Below, in pieces: positions 47,200 through 61,936 of a stretch of 64,000 nucleotides of DNA; position 1 is the stretch's first letter; every line of letters starts with the position of its first letter. The stretch is taken from contig OX597815.1 of the NCBI GenBank assembly GCA_951406725.2, positions 192,324,001 to 192,388,000 on the forward strand, written 5' to 3'. The translations under genes and the position numbers were made by a program. The stretch comes from Octopus vulgaris (taxonomy: Eukaryota). The notes below the pieces were generated by a model. That model was not told the origin of the DNA. It did not search any database and saw only the letters and a program-made list of their open reading frames with translations.

Positions 47200-49230
47200 T
47201 AGGTGCACCGAAAACAGTTGTCATCTCTGCAGGAAATACAGGTTCGTGTCAGACGGGTGGCTTTCGATTTATTTTCTCTCCAAAATAGTTTTCAATCCAA
47301 TATTTAAGTCCTAAAAGGCAGTGAGCTATTAGAAACATTAGCACGGAAGGTAAAATGCCTAGCGGTATCTCATCTGCAGCTACGTTCTGAGTTCAAATTC
47401 CGCCGAGGTCGACTTTGCCTTTCATCCTTTCGGTGTCGATTAAATAAGTACCAGTTACGCACTGGGTTCGATGTAATCGACTTAATCCGTTTGTCTGTCC
47501 TTGTTTGTCCTCTCTGTGTTTAGCCCCTTGTGGGTAGTAAAGAAATAGGTATTTCGTCCGTCTTTACGTTCTGCGTTTAAATTCCGCCGAGGTCGACTTT
47601 GCTTTTCACCCTTTCAGGGTTCGATAAAATAAGTACCAGCTGGACACTGGGGTCGACGTAATTGACTCACTCCCACCCCCACTGATATTGCTGGTCTTGT
47701 ACCAATATCTAAAACCAATATTTACGACCTGCTATTTATAGTTTTATATATACTTCAAGATCCAATTACAAAAAAGAATTATTCCACCTGTTCTCGAAAG
47801 TTCATATATTCTTGTGACGTCAACAATAGGCGCAGGAGTAGCTGTGTGGTAAGTAGCTTGCTTACCAACCACATGGTTCTGGGTTCAGTCCCACTGTGTG
47901 GCACCTTGGGAAAGTGTCTTCTACTATGGCCTCCAGCCGACCAAAGCCTTGTGAGTGGATTTGGTAGACGGAAACTGAAAGAAGCCCATCGTATATATAT
48001 GTTTGTTTGTCAGTGTTTGTCTCACCTCCACCATCGTTTGACAACCGATGTTGGTGTGTTTACGTCCACGTAACTTAGCGGTTCGGCAAAAGAGGCCGAT
48101 ATAATAAGTACTAGGCTTACAAAGAATAAGTCCTGGGGTCGACTTGTTCTACTAAAGGCAGTGCTTCAGCATGGCCACAGTCAAATGACTGAAACAAATA
48201 AAAGAAAAAACAAAGAAAAACATACAATTCTCGCTAGTAAGAACACAGGTCTCTATAACATCTGTCATATCCACAGGAGATGTGGGTTCGTGTCCTTCGA
48301 GCAGCCGACAACTTTTTCTATCCAAAAGGGGTTTTCAACCCCAAAATTACATGCTGTTAGTCGGTAGCTGGCAAAATTGTTACAGCACCGGATAAAGTGC
48401 TTAGCGGCATTTCGTCCGGCTCTAAGTTCAGAGTTCAAATGCCGTCGTGGTCGACTTTGCCTTTCGTCGTTTCAGGGTCGATAAAATAAGTACCAGTTGA
48501 ATACTCTGGTCGATGTAATCAACTGGTACCCTTTCCTACAATTGCTAGCTTTATTAAAGGCGGCGAGCTGGCAGAATCGTTACCGTGCCGGGAAAAATGC
48601 TCAGCGGCATTTTGTGCAGCTTTACGTTCTGAGTTCAAACTCTGCAGAGGTCGACTTCGCCTTTCATCGTTTCGGAGTCGATAAAATAAATATCAATTAA
48701 TCACTGAGACCGGCGTACTCGACTTACACCTTTCCCTCCAATTTTTGGCCTCATACCTATAGCAGAAAAAGGATTATTTATAGTTTTATATGAACTTCAA
48801 GATCCAATTAAGAAAAAAAACTAAGCAATAGGCGCAGGAGTGGCCGTGTGGTAAGTAACTTGTTTACCAACCACATGGTTCCGGGTTCAGTCCCACTGCG
48901 AGGCACCTTGGGCAAATGTCTTCTACTATAGCCTCGGGCCGACCAAAGCCTTGTGAGTGGGTTTGGTAGACGGAAACTGAAAGAAGCCCGTCGTAGATAT
49001 GTATATATACATATGCGTGTGTGTGTTTGTGTGTCTGTGTTTGTCTCCCTAGCATTGACAACCGATGCTGGTGTGTTTATGTCCCCGTTACTTAGCGGTT
49101 CGGCAAAAGAGACCAATGGAATAAGTACTGGGCTTACAAAAGAATAAGTCCCGGGTCGAGCTGCTCGATTAAAGGCGGTGCTCCAGCATGGCCGCAGTCA
49201 AATGACTGAAACAAGTAAAAGAGTAAAGAT
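47200..49230 (+). repeat. old ~1.04 kb tandem duplication (unique block, SINE B cluster, spacer, SINE A)
   Basis: Anchors: gtcat..c..cagga.a...ggttcgtgtc at ~47220 and ~48264; tatttatagttttatat..acttcaagatccaatta at 47733 and 48775; aataggcgcaggag at 47825 and 48827. Confidence 0.7.
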
Positions 49231-50212
49231 AGTAATAATAACATCGCATTTGTAAAAGAAAAACTGGAGATAAAATTAGGTTGTTTATCACAGACTCATT
49301 CATACAGAAAACGTCACAAAAAAGCATCGAGCTCATGTTTCTTTAAAGCTATATATTAAGTTAATGAATCTGTAATTTAAATTATTGGCTTTTATTCAAT
49401 TAAGCGTGGATGACTTTCTGTTTTTAAACACGGGCGTTGCTGTATGCTAAGAAGCGGCGGGCTGGCAGAAACGTTAAGCACGCCGGGCGAAATGCTTAGC
49501 GGTATTTCGTCTGCATTACGTTGTGAGTTCAAATTCCGCCGAGGTCGACTTTGCCTTTCATCCTTTCGGGGTCGATAAATTAAGTATCAGTTACGTACTG
49601 GGGTCGATGTAATCGACAATCCGTTTGTCTGTCCTTGTTTGTCCTCTCTGTGTTTAGCCCCTTGTGGGTAGTAAAGAAAAATATTAGACAAAATAGCTCG
49701 ATAGAATAAGTAATGAGTCTTAGAAAAATAAGTCCTGGGGTCGATTCATTTAACTAAAAATTTTTTTAGCCTGTAACCCTGTACAACATGTTGCCAGGGC
49801 GGGTCATCGGAAACTAAACCAGCAACCTTCATAGAGTTTGCTTGGTGTGGAGGGTGATTACTGGACACCCTGCAGAACGAAAAACACATCCAAACAAAAG
49901 GCGGAAGAACTCAGGAGAGTCAATGGCCATCCATTATTGTGTGAGAAATGAAGAAAGGGAGAGGGGGAAAAAAGCGATGACTGTCATGTACGTGGAAAGA
50001 TCAACAGAAGGAAAGAAAGTTACAAGTGTGAGATGGTGACTCAGTGAAATCCCTGAAACGGAGGCCCCATGAGCCAGGTTTTTGTATTCGGTGATCGAAA
50101 GGCTGAATAGTACGACCAAATTAAGGACCAGGTTTGAGAGGTGTGGAAGTCGATCGTACTGTGAATGCCAACTGGTTAGGATTGGTTGTTCAACCACATT
50201 GAAGGATTATTA

Positions 50213-50247
<35 letters not shown>

Positions 50248-50707
50248 GAGTGAGAGAGCAGTGCATGCCATCAAAGTGACCCTGGGGTAAAATATACGAA
50301 GCCCAGTATACCCATCATCACTACCCAAATGATAAGGGTACACTAGGCACATGCATCACAACCATTGTTGTGCGCGACATGGTGATCTCATATCAAGATA
50401 AACAGCGCATGACCTTGCAAGTGGGGTCCAGTTAGAATTTTCTTCTGGTCGAGTAACCTATCCCGCTTAAAAGGTCCCTGAATAAGGGAAATTTAAGGAT
50501 ATTGAACGAACCACCAATGTTTCCAGAGGTGAATTATCCAAACCCCAAAGAATCCCTCTCAACACATGGCTATGATGCTCCACCACTACTTCTGCTCATG
50601 ATCAGAGATGCACATATCATCAGCCACTATATGACATGCTCAACTGGTTAAGGTCAAACAACTGACAAGCAAATCTGTGGTATTGAGCAGAATATTTGCT
50701 GTAGCCC

Positions 50708-50708
<1 letters not shown>
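50248..50708. mobile_element. retroelement-like fragment inserted within (TTA)n
   Basis: A complex block bounded on both sides by (TTA)n. The family was not identified. Confidence 0.5.
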
Positions 50709-50747
<39 letters not shown>

Positions 50748-50843
50748 CCAATTAACGGTTTCATTGCCGAACATAAATTACTTCAATTATTTCGAAAACC
50801 CACGCGGCTATTTCAACAGGGTATTCGTGTTTATTCGATACAG

Positions 50844-50872
50844 TCTATTCAAAATGCTCAGGACCGGAAACG
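50844..50872 (+). other. candidate 29-nt internal exon
   Basis: ttattcgatacag|TCTATTCAAAATGCTCAGGACCGGAAACG|gtatga in unique sequence. Splice motifs are the only support. Confidence 0.2.
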
Positions 50873-51897
50873 GTATGATTGTATATTTGCATATATAAAA
50901 TGGCTCAGCTTAGGTATATCATAATAAAGCTTCTTCGTTGACTGTAAATTTTGTTTCCTGAAAGCGAGTGAATGTAAAAGCCCTCTGGAGAAGCTGTACG
51001 AACGAAACGCACCAGTGGCTAAGAGTTTACAGTGCGTCAATTCAGCTTCTGCAAATGACGGCGTGATGATAGTTAAAAATCTCTCTCTCTCTCTCTCTCT
51101 CAACTAATATTAACTTTATTATTGTTGTACATTATTATACATGGCAGAAATACTTTTATTACAGTACACTTTTATTATTTTATGATAATAACGTAATCAA
51201 GTTGCTTCAGTAGAAAATATTTGTGCTGGCTGTTACCAAATGCAGTAGCAGTTAACTTTATGTCAGCAAACAACCACGCTAACCACTTACTGCAAATCAC
51301 AGTATTTAGGTTCACAGCTTATACTTAGAATTTAAGAAGAACGGCTATATCGTACGGCTATATCTACTTTCACCGCTTGACAACCAGTATTGGTTTCTTG
51401 ACGTCCCGCAACTTAGCTATTAGGCAAAAGAGCTCGATAGAATAAGTATCAGAGAAGACGGCGAGCTGACAGAGACGTTAGCACGCCGGGCGAAATGCGT
51501 AGCCGTATTTCGTCTACCGTTACGTTCTGAGTTCAACTTCTGCCGAGGCCGACTTTGCCTTTCATCCCTTCGGGGTCGATAAATTAAGTACCAGTTACGC
51601 ACTGGGGTCGATATAATCAACTTTTTTATAAGTAAAACATCGCATTTTACGTACCGACATTCACAATAATCATGTTGAGTAACCTACCCTCAGAATAAAT
51701 TTAAAGTTGTAGAATTCGAAAAAATATGAAGAAGATACGTTGGTAAATAGAAAATATACAATGTATTCGTAATATCCCATTTCAGCCAACTATCTCACCA
51801 CTCCTATATCTTGATCTCCACTATTTTCTTCTGCTACTTTTTAAATTATAGTAGGTTTAATAAGATATGCATTTTTCTAAACTCATTCTGCCACAAA

Positions 51898-52297
51898 TCT
51901 TTATATATAAAAGAGAGGTTGTGTGTCTGTCTCCTACGATTTAGATTCCTAACTACTCCCACATTTTGCGGTGCAGTTTAACCAAAACCGGGTATCTTAT
52001 AGTCGTGATTTATATCGAGCCCTTCTGGGTATTAGCGTGTGTCTACGATGAGTCTACGATTTAAAAAAAAATTTACCATCATTTTTTTCCATTTTAATGC
52101 ATTTTTTTCGCTATTATATAAGGGAAGTAACTCTCTAAAAATGTCTACGATGAGTCAACGATTAAAAAAAAAATTACCATAATTTTTTTTCCCATTTTTA
52201 ATGCATTTTTTTGCTATTTTTTTGGCTATAACTCTCTAAAAATGCTTATATTGTTATTTCCCTTACAAACCCGAGCAACGCCGGGCGATACTGCTAG
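51898..52297 (+). mobile_element. non-autonomous Helitron
   Basis: A|TC...hairpin...CTAG|T, sibling of 8673-9068. Confidence 0.92.
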
Positions 52298-52413
52298 TAA
52301 TCCATAAAGAGACAATGTAATTATTTTGGTTTCTAGTATTGATATGAATTTATTTCAGATGGTTTATCCTTTATGTTGGAAATCTATATGGTCATCTACG
52401 TCTGGGGAGAACG

Positions 52414-52461
<48 letters not shown>

Positions 52462-53984
52462 CGAAGGGTTTCTTTCAGTTTCCGTCTACGAAAGACTCAC
52501 AAGGCTTTGGTCGGCCCGAGGCCATAGTAGAAGACATTTTCCCAAGGTACCACGAAGTGTGACTGAACCCGCAACCATGTGCTTGGTAAGCAAGCTACTT
52601 ACCACACAGCCACTCCTGTTTATATATAAGCATACAAACACGAGTTAGTGAACAAACGAAAGCAAGTAGTTCTGAACACCCTCGGTAGGAATCACATGTA
52701 ATTTTAATAACAGTTTGACTCCGATCCATATAATTTAAAGTTCCGAGGGAGCATAGAACACGTTCATTTAATCAGATGCTACGAATAGAGCGGAAGTTTG
52801 AGAGAAACTCAAGATGGTTTCTAGTGTTTTGACTAATATTGATCAGTTCAAGTTGCGTGGTATTAGTACTAAAATCAAAGCGACCAATAAAGGCCTAAAC
52901 ACCTAGAAAAGGCCGAACAGAAGACCAAACATACAGCGCGTGTGTTCAATTGGCAAAATATGACCGTCCCCAAGGATAACAATATTTGTTTCAACACACG
53001 ATTTCACATCAAGAACCTTGCATAACAAATACGTAAACGCATATTTATGTGTGTGTGTGAGAGAGAAAGAGAAAGAGAGAGAGTGTGTGTATGTGTGTGT
53101 GTATGTGAGCGTGTGTGTTTTTGTGTTTGTTCCCACCCACCGCTTGACAACCGGTGCTGGTGTGTTTACTTCCCCGTAACTTAGCAGTTCAGCAAAGCAG
53201 ATTAGTACAATAAGTGCTATGCTTAAAAAAAAAAAAGCACTGGGATCTATTCATTCGACAAAAAATTCCTCGAGGCGATGATGCCCCAGCATGGGCGCAC
53301 ACTAATGTCTGAAAGAGGTAAAAAGCTAAACGATGAGAAGATGCAGGTTGAACGAAGTAGTTCATGATATACGAAAAGACAAGCAGTCACGGTTGGAACG
53401 CCTTTGGATATATGTCTTCAAGGTCGGTGCTGAGCCGAGGATAAAGAACGCCAACGCCATCAACAATAGCAACAACAACAGCAACAACAAATCAGAGCAT
53501 GTACAGAAATATTTTTTCTAATCTATTTTTCACAGAAGTACATTTATCGAGACCCCCCCCCCCGCTCTAACTCACACTTACTCTTTTTTTCTCTCCCCCC
53601 CCCCGTTTTCCCTTCCTCTTCTATCTCAATCTCTATTTTTCTATTCTTAAAAATGTGCACAAATTCAAACACATTCGAGGCACTAATCTCTGCCAGCCAT
53701 CCCTATCTACTTATCTGAGAAACAAGTTTCTTAAAATATAATTTAAACACACTAAAAACAAAACAAAGCAAAACAAAAACAAAAAACAACAACAACAACA
53801 ATAACAACAACAACAATAACAACAACAACAATAACAACAGAACAATAACAACAAGAACGTAAAAAGATGGCTTTAAGATTTCTGCCCATCCTGTTTTACA
53901 ATTTAGGGGGGAAAAATTAGGTCAGAACCACGAGTTACTGTCATTCAAGAGATGTCCGATTTTATATTCATAGAAATGTAGCGT

Positions 53985-54007
53985 GCATATAAATGTGTGC
54001 GTATAAA

Positions 54008-54047
<40 letters not shown>

Positions 54048-54105
54048 CATACACACAACTGCACACACACACACACACACGTACATGTATATATATGTAT
54101 ATATA

Positions 54106-54146
<41 letters not shown>

Positions 54147-54249
54147 ATACATACAAATACATATATCTGCATGTATATCTGTGTGCGTGCGTGCATGTAT
54201 GTATGTATATATATATATGTATATGTGTGTGTATATATATATATATATA

Positions 54250-54294
<45 letters not shown>

Positions 54295-54459
54295 ATATAT
54301 ATATATATATGTGTGTGTATATATATATATATATATATGTGTGTGTATATATATATATATATATGTGTGTGTATATATATATATATATATGTGTGTGTAT
54401 ATATATATATATATGTGTGTGTATATATATATATATATATGTGTGTGTGTATATATATA

Positions 54460-54494
<35 letters not shown>

Positions 54495-54518
54495 GTGCGT
54501 GCGTGCCTATATATATAC

Positions 54519-54552
<34 letters not shown>

Positions 54553-54657
54553 GTATGTATGTATGTATATGTGTGTGTGTGTGTATAAATATATGTACAC
54601 TACACACACGCGCGCGCGCGCACACACAATCACACACACACATACACGCACACATAT
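53985..54657. repeat. compound (TA)n(TG)m minisatellite
   Basis: Higher-order units of ~22-28 bp, each a (TA) run followed by (TG)4. Confidence 0.9.
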
Positions 54658-55279
54658 GAGAATTGTGTTTGTTTCAAAGATAATGCATTCAACTGTTGCA
54701 GATTATTCTTTGAAAAATAGGGTAAAAAATCGATATTAAGATAAGAGATGCGATTGAAAATACAATAATAATAAAAGTAGCAGCGGCAATACCACCACCA
54801 CCACCACCACCACCAACCGCAATACCAGCAACGGCAGGAGCAGTAGTAGTAGTAGTAGCAGCAGCAGTGGCAGCAACAATGTTGTCAAGTAAGCAACAAA
54901 TAATATTGGTTAAAATATTGTCATGTTTGATCTTAACGAGTGGCTGATTTCTTAAAGACTCGTATTACATTGGAAGAAATATGAGCATCAATGTTTTTAT
55001 GTGAACACAGGCATACACACATACACGAACACACACACACACACACACACACGCATACACATATGTATTTGTGTGTGTGTGTGTGTGTGTGTGTATGCGC
55101 GCGTGATTGTCTCATACAAATATATATATATGCGCACATGTATGGTTATATATATGGGTATATATATATATTATATATATATATTATATGTATATATATA
55201 TGTGTATATATGTATGTATATATATATGTATGTAATATATATGTATGTAATATATATATGTATGTAATATATATATATA

Positions 55280-55330
<51 letters not shown>

Positions 55331-55341
55331 CATATATATAT

Positions 55342-55380
<39 letters not shown>

Positions 55381-55385
55381 TATAC

Positions 55386-55438
<53 letters not shown>

Positions 55439-55445
55439 TATATAC

Positions 55446-55476
<31 letters not shown>

Positions 55477-55561
55477 CATATATACATATATATATACATA
55501 TATATATATACACATATATACATATATATATATACATATATATATATACATATATATATAC

Positions 55562-55592
<31 letters not shown>

Positions 55593-56963
55593 CACAAGTG
55601 GTTAGGGCAGCGGACTTGCGGTCGGAGGATCGCGGTTTCGATTCCCAGACCGGGCGTTGTGTGTGTTTATTGAGCGAAAACACCTAAAAGCTCCACGAGG
55701 CTCCGGCAGGGGATGGTGGTGATCCCTGCTGTACTCTTTCACCACTCTAAAGGCGGTGCTCCAGCATGGCCGCAGTCAAATGACTGAAACAAGTACAAAA
55801 AAAAAAAAAAAAATACATATATATGTATATATATATGCATATATGTATGTATATAATATTCAAAAATTGTACAGGAGAACGACAAAGGACAAACGGAAAA
55901 CTCATTCACAAGACGTCGACATGCTCCAGTTTCCTCATCAGTGTCGAAAAGTCATGACAATTTCACGTCTTTAGCCATAAGATTTTTCTTTTTGGTGGCG
56001 TCTACAGGAAAACATCAAATAGCTGTTGGGAACAAGTGACCGAATATAAAGAACAGTGACCACATACACACACACACAAACATGTCAGTCATAAATTATC
56101 GCTTCACCCTCGTATCTTGTCCCATTTCATATCTGACCATACTGAATTTTGCCCGCCTTGTGTGGAAGCAACGACTTCCAGTTATCAAGGTCCCCATTTT
56201 GCCGTGAACATCCGCTGTGTGGAGAACTGAGCATGCTGTGAATGATGCCGCGTAGACATATACTGACAGTGAGACATCTCTATGAGACCTTTGACGGCGG
56301 ACAGTTGTTGTTGTCGTCTTCTGTTAGATGTGTAATTTCAAAGCTCTTCTCTTTGACATAGCTGATGTCCTAGATCATGCACAGGCCTAGGGTTGCTTGA
56401 CATCTGGAATGATATCAAGCGCTTGCAGTTCCTCACTAGTCGACCAATGGAAATTTTATCATGGCGTCCTGTAAAGAGTTAGCGATGGATAAGGGCGACG
56501 ATATTTTCGAGAAGACTCTGGGAGCCGAAGAAAAAAATAACTGGGTAGTCTATTCAGGAGGACTTTTGAGTCTGAGCCCATGAATAATTTCCAGAAATCC
56601 CAGGTCTTTTAGTACTATCGATGATGGTGGTGAATTGCCGATCCTGAATAGAGTTGGCAGGGAAGGTCATGCTGTCAGCCGGGCCCGTCTGAGATTCGCG
56701 CAGAGCAATGAAATCGTTCTGCGCATGCTCGCCCAGGACCCCGAGCTTTGCTGTGTTGTGTTGTGGAATTATGTCGAACAGCTGAATACGGATCGGTGCT
56801 ATCAGCCAACTCCACCGTGAAGGTTACCCACCGTCTTTCTTTGACCGTGAAAGGTAGGCAGTCTTCTGTTTAGTGGCGATGGAAAAAGGAGTTACGTAGT
56901 GGACGAGACTGGGGTCGATGTAAACGACTGATCCCCTTCCTCAAACCTTGTGCCAAAATTTGA

Positions 56964-57009
<46 letters not shown>

Positions 57010-57010
<1 letters not shown>

Positions 57011-58922
57011 TTATTATTATTATTTACTTTTAATCTGCGTGTTTGTTACAATCATTTGCCGAGACACACTCAGCGTCCTGGAGCGAGTGAAGGATAAGAG
57101 ATGTTGCAGTATGGCTGAAAGCTTTGGGAGGGGGAGTGGCAGAGGCAGAAGCGAAATATCTTTATGTAATACAACACAGACATTTAAATAGATAAGGTTT
57201 TCCTGAGGATGTGGGCAGTACTTGTCAGCACAATCTTCTGGATTTCTCTGAGACATGGTTCTCCTGGGACATTATCTAGATATTCATGACATCCCTTTTT
57301 TTATAATATCTAGGGCAGCCACAATAACAAGAACAGTTATCGCTTTAAGATGCCACATCTTTTGTATTTCAATTTCCAGGTCCTTCTATTTACTTAATTT
57401 GTCAAATTCCTTTACAGATAAGTTTTTATCAGTGGGAACATTACGTTTATTAGTCAACTAGTATTTCTCCTTTGTCTTTAATAATTATGTCTAGTCGATT
57501 AGCCTGGTCCTTCAATAATTGTCTAGCCGTTCTGTCAGTGTTTCCTGGAAAATCCCAGAGGATAGTGACATTTTTACCTTCAATGACTGGCTCGGGGTGA
57601 TGTTCATACAAGTAAGCAGGAATGCTGACTTTGAAGTGTTTACATATTTTCAAATGTAAATACCCTCTTACTCTATCGTGGCGATTTTTGTATTCGTTTG
57701 GTGTCAACAAAGGACATCCCGAGAAAAATGATCTATTGTCTCGTCAAATGTGTCGCAGAATCTGCATTTAGGGTCAGAACCGTTTTGAAGAGCGTTAGCC
57801 TGGTAGTCTTTGGTAAGCAAGCTTTCATCTTGTGATATCAATGTGAAACCTTCAGTCTCTGCTTTCAGTCCTGAGCTTCTCAGCCACTTAAAGGTTGTTG
57901 CTTGGTCTACATCAGCATTTCGGCTTCGAAGTATATACCTATTTCTCTATTACCCACAAGGGGCTAAACACAGAGGGGACAAACAAGGACATACATAGGC
58001 ATTAAGTCGATTACATCGATCCCAGTAACTGGTACTTAATTTATCGACCCCGAAAGGATACCGTCCATGCAGAGGCTTTTGGCTCTGCTGCTCAATTTGT
58101 TTCTACCCGTTCTGTTTTTGCAGGCTGCTGGATCCATTTTGCTTGTGTTGGGGCAGTCATTTCAGGTTCTTCATCTATCTCAGGGTTAATGCCGATTTCC
58201 CTTGCGAATTTGCAAACTTCCTTGACAATCGAATGTGGTTTTTTGCTGCTTTCGTGTTTGCACACAAGCCGCAGCGTCCAATGCTCTGTACTAGATAAAC
58301 ACCTGTTCATTGCTATTGTGGAGGTCTTATAGCACAATTCTTATTTCTTTATTTCCCACAAGGGGCTAAACATAGAGGGGACAAACAAGGACAGACAAAG
58401 GTATTAAGTCGATTACATCGACCCCAGTGCGTAACTGGTACTTAATTTATTGATCCTGAAAGGATGAAAGGCAAAGTCGACCTCGACCGAATTTGAACTC
58501 AGAACGTAACGGCAGACGAAATACCGCTAAGCATTTCGCCCGGCGTGCTAACATTTCTGCTAGCTCGCCACCTTAAAGCACAGTTCTACCTGCATCATTC
58601 CTCTTCCTCTATTACTTCTAGGTAGATGCAAATGATCAACATCTGCTTTTTGGGTGGTGCATGTTAGTAATTTTCGTGCTTCTTGTCCAGGCATTGGAGC
58701 TCTGTTAGATTTCAGTTAATGATGTTAAAACTATATTGAGCTACTGGAAGTGATAGGGTGTTAATGGCTTCGATGCGATTTTTAGAGTTGAGTTCAGTTT
58801 TTAGTACGAGTCTTATTCTCCTGTAATATCCTTTTCTTCTTTTCTTTCCTTCATAGTAGCATGTTGTATACTATCTCCTTCGTTTATCCCCAGGTATTTG
58901 TAATTTTCTTGAGGGTCAAGCC
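57010..58922 (-). mobile_element. R4/Dong-clade RLE LINE, 5' truncated and degenerate, interrupted by two SINE B insertions
   Basis: YKYLGINEG...LKTELNSKNRIEAINT (end of RT), WLRSSGLKAETEGF, CCHC knuckle KCRFC...ETIDH...GC, YKNRHDRV..YLH and ILWDF...NRLDIII (RLE). Both ends lie in (TAA)n. The SINE at 58341-58573 has a ~13-bp TSD ta(t/a)agcaca(a/g)ttc. Confidence 0.9.
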
Positions 58923-59086
58923 ACTTATTTTTTATTATTATTTTATGCTTGACTTTTGCTTTACATTTGTACAAGTTGGCTTAAGTCTCACCCAGAGACC
59001 TCAAGAGACAAGTTAGAAGTTCATTCTGGTGTTATGCCTAGGGTGCCATATATTTGGTTTTGTACACAGTGTTATTCTAGAGAATG

Positions 59087-59119
<33 letters not shown>

Positions 59120-60483
59120 GCACGCTGGGCAAAATCCTTAGCGGTATTTCGCCCGTTGCTACATTCTGAGTTCAAATTCTGCCAGGTCGACTTTGCCTTT
59201 CATCCTTTCGGGGTCGATACAATTAAGTACTTGTTGAGTACTGGGGTCGATGTTATTGACAATCCTATCCCCCAAATTTCAGGCCATTTTCCTATAGTAG
59301 AAAGGATTATTATTATTATTATTATTATCATTATTATTATTACACTGGTGATTTGGCAGAATCATTGGAGCATCGGAAAATTGTTTAGCGTCTTTAGTTC
59401 TGGGGTTTTACTGCCAAGTTCAAATCCTGCCGAGGTCAAGCTTGCCTTTCACCTCCAGGGCTATCTGAACGATCGCAGCTATGCCCCCACCACACACAAA
59501 ATTCCTGGCCTTGTGCCTAAATGAGAAACAATTATTATGAATATTAGGTGAAGTTTACAGAGAACATTTTGTTTTTGTTCAACTCCCACACAGACTCCCA
59601 TATGTACAAATATAATCTCGAGGGTGAGAGGGAGAGAGAGAGAGGGAGGGAGGGAGGCGGGAGGAAGAGAGAAAGAGGGAGGGAGAGAGGGAGAAGCTGA
59701 CAGACCAACTGGTATACACACCGACAGACAAATCCTCAGACATGCAGGCACTCAACAGTATATATATAAATAAATGAGATTTAAAACACAGCAAAATTTA
59801 CTGGGCGTAAAGGTTATATATGTATTAATCAATGAATCGATCGATCGATCAAGCTATAATTCCCTATTCATTTATTCATTCAGTCATTAAATTAAACATG
59901 TTTGCTGCCAAAATTAGATGAAAGATCGTTGGAAAGATCAAATGTAGAAGGAAGCTAAAATTGCAGATAAATATTTCCTTGGGGAGCTGACCTCTACTTC
60001 TGGGTCCAAGAGATTCGTTGGCGTGGATGTAGCTACTGCGTAGGTGTGTGGAGTTATTTCGGTGGGCTATACTGCTCCTTTCACTGATGTTGACAGATTT
60101 CACGATGCGATACAGCCAAACATTGCTCTGGCAATCTTCCTAACTCCTCTGCGATGCTGTTGTTGTTGTTTAACTTAAGGCAGAGCTGATTAAATAGGTG
60201 TCTGATAAAAGGTATTCCTGCATTGACCATCACGTCTTATTTTAAAAAGCGATGGTGGAAGGGAAGCTTGGTCTACATTATGTAGTATCCTTCCCATATT
60301 AAGACAGTACAATGTGATTTGCGACAAATTTGGCTGCATTATTTAGCAGAGAGATAACGCAGGGGCTGCTTCATTGATTCATGCATACAAACATTCACAT
60401 AATCATACATAGTCAGCAGGGTGTGATTTGAGGGGGTTTAGCTGCTATTTCATAAAGGTTCCCTTATTGGTTCATGTGTGCGA

Positions 60484-60524
<41 letters not shown>

Positions 60525-60612
60525 TGTGTGTGTGCATAAAAAAGAATGAAAGGTCCACAGAACCCTGGAAATCCGGATTCTGTGACGCATGTATTCCCCC
60601 GCCTGGATGAGA

Positions 60613-61277
60613 CACAAAATATTTTTCCCACGAGAGTTCCGGACCCAAGTAGTTAACTCATTTGTATACAGCCAATCAGAGCTCACCTTGAAAATCCACA
60701 TACTGTGAACTACATACTGTGAACTACTATGCCAGTCAGGCATAGAATGGTGTATGTCACTCTGTGAGTACAGCATAGCAGGTCTCACATAAACACCACA
60801 TTTCTCCCCACTCCACTATCCTCATAGATCAATTGAGCACCATCTCTATATGGAGTTAACATTAGGTTCCTATACTTAGACTGAGATTAGTGATACTGCA
60901 TGTACCCATTGACATATGCAAGGAGGGCGCAATACGACACAACGCCATATTGATTACGATGTTTCTAGATTAACATCATTTTGAATTAGGAATGTACAAA
61001 ATCAGCCAAAAAATTAGGAAATTACACTCATTTACATTTTCTAGTAATTTTCGCAAATTGGCAACACTTACGGCATCATCGGTGAGCAGCTCTCCATTCA
61101 CTTTATACACTAAATCTCACATTTGTCATCCCCATTAACCCGTTTAGAACAGTTAGTTTTTGCTATAACGCACATTTCCCACTGAATTCAACCAGTTTGA
61201 TAGTTGAGCTCTGATTGGTTGTATGCAAATGAGTTCATAACTGGGGTCCGGAATTCACGTGGAAAAAAAATTTCGGG
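60613..61277. mobile_element. non-autonomous DNA transposon with ~70 bp imperfect TIRs, inserted in a SINE
   Basis: ttccggacccaagtagttaactcatttgtatacagccaatcagagctca versus tgagctctgattggttgtatgcaaatgagttcataactggggtccggaa. Possible 7-bp TSD gatgaga / gacggga. Confidence 0.65.
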
Positions 61278-61708
61278 GACGGGACGCCAGCCATCGCAGG
61301 ATTACTCCTTTTTGCCAGCGGACTGGACTGGAGGAGTATTGTGAAATGAAGTGGTTTGCTCAAAAATGCGACCCATCACCTGATCCACGAATCGAAACCG
61401 CAGTCTTACGATCATGAGTACAATACTCTAACCACTAAGTTACGAGACTCCACATATAGGTACATACATACATGCAGAAGGCATAAATGTGTTTGTGTGT
61501 GTGTATTTTTCAGGGCGGGTTATAAATCTGAAAGCATTTAAGTGATAGATAAATTTGATAAATGTATATGTATATATGTCTACATGCATACATGCATACA
61601 TACAAACATACATACATACATACATACGTACATGCATACGTACATAAACACACACACACACTCTCTTTCTCTCTCTCACACACACACTCTCTCTCTCTCT
61701 CACACACA

Positions 61709-61739
<31 letters not shown>

Positions 61740-61836
61740 TCTCTCTCACACACACTCTCTCTCTCTCACACACACACTCTCTCTCTCACACACACACACT
61801 CTCTCACACACACACACTCTCTCACACACACACACA

Positions 61837-61875
<39 letters not shown>

Positions 61876-61876
61876 A

Positions 61877-61925
<49 letters not shown>

Positions 61926-61936
61926 ATATGCACATA

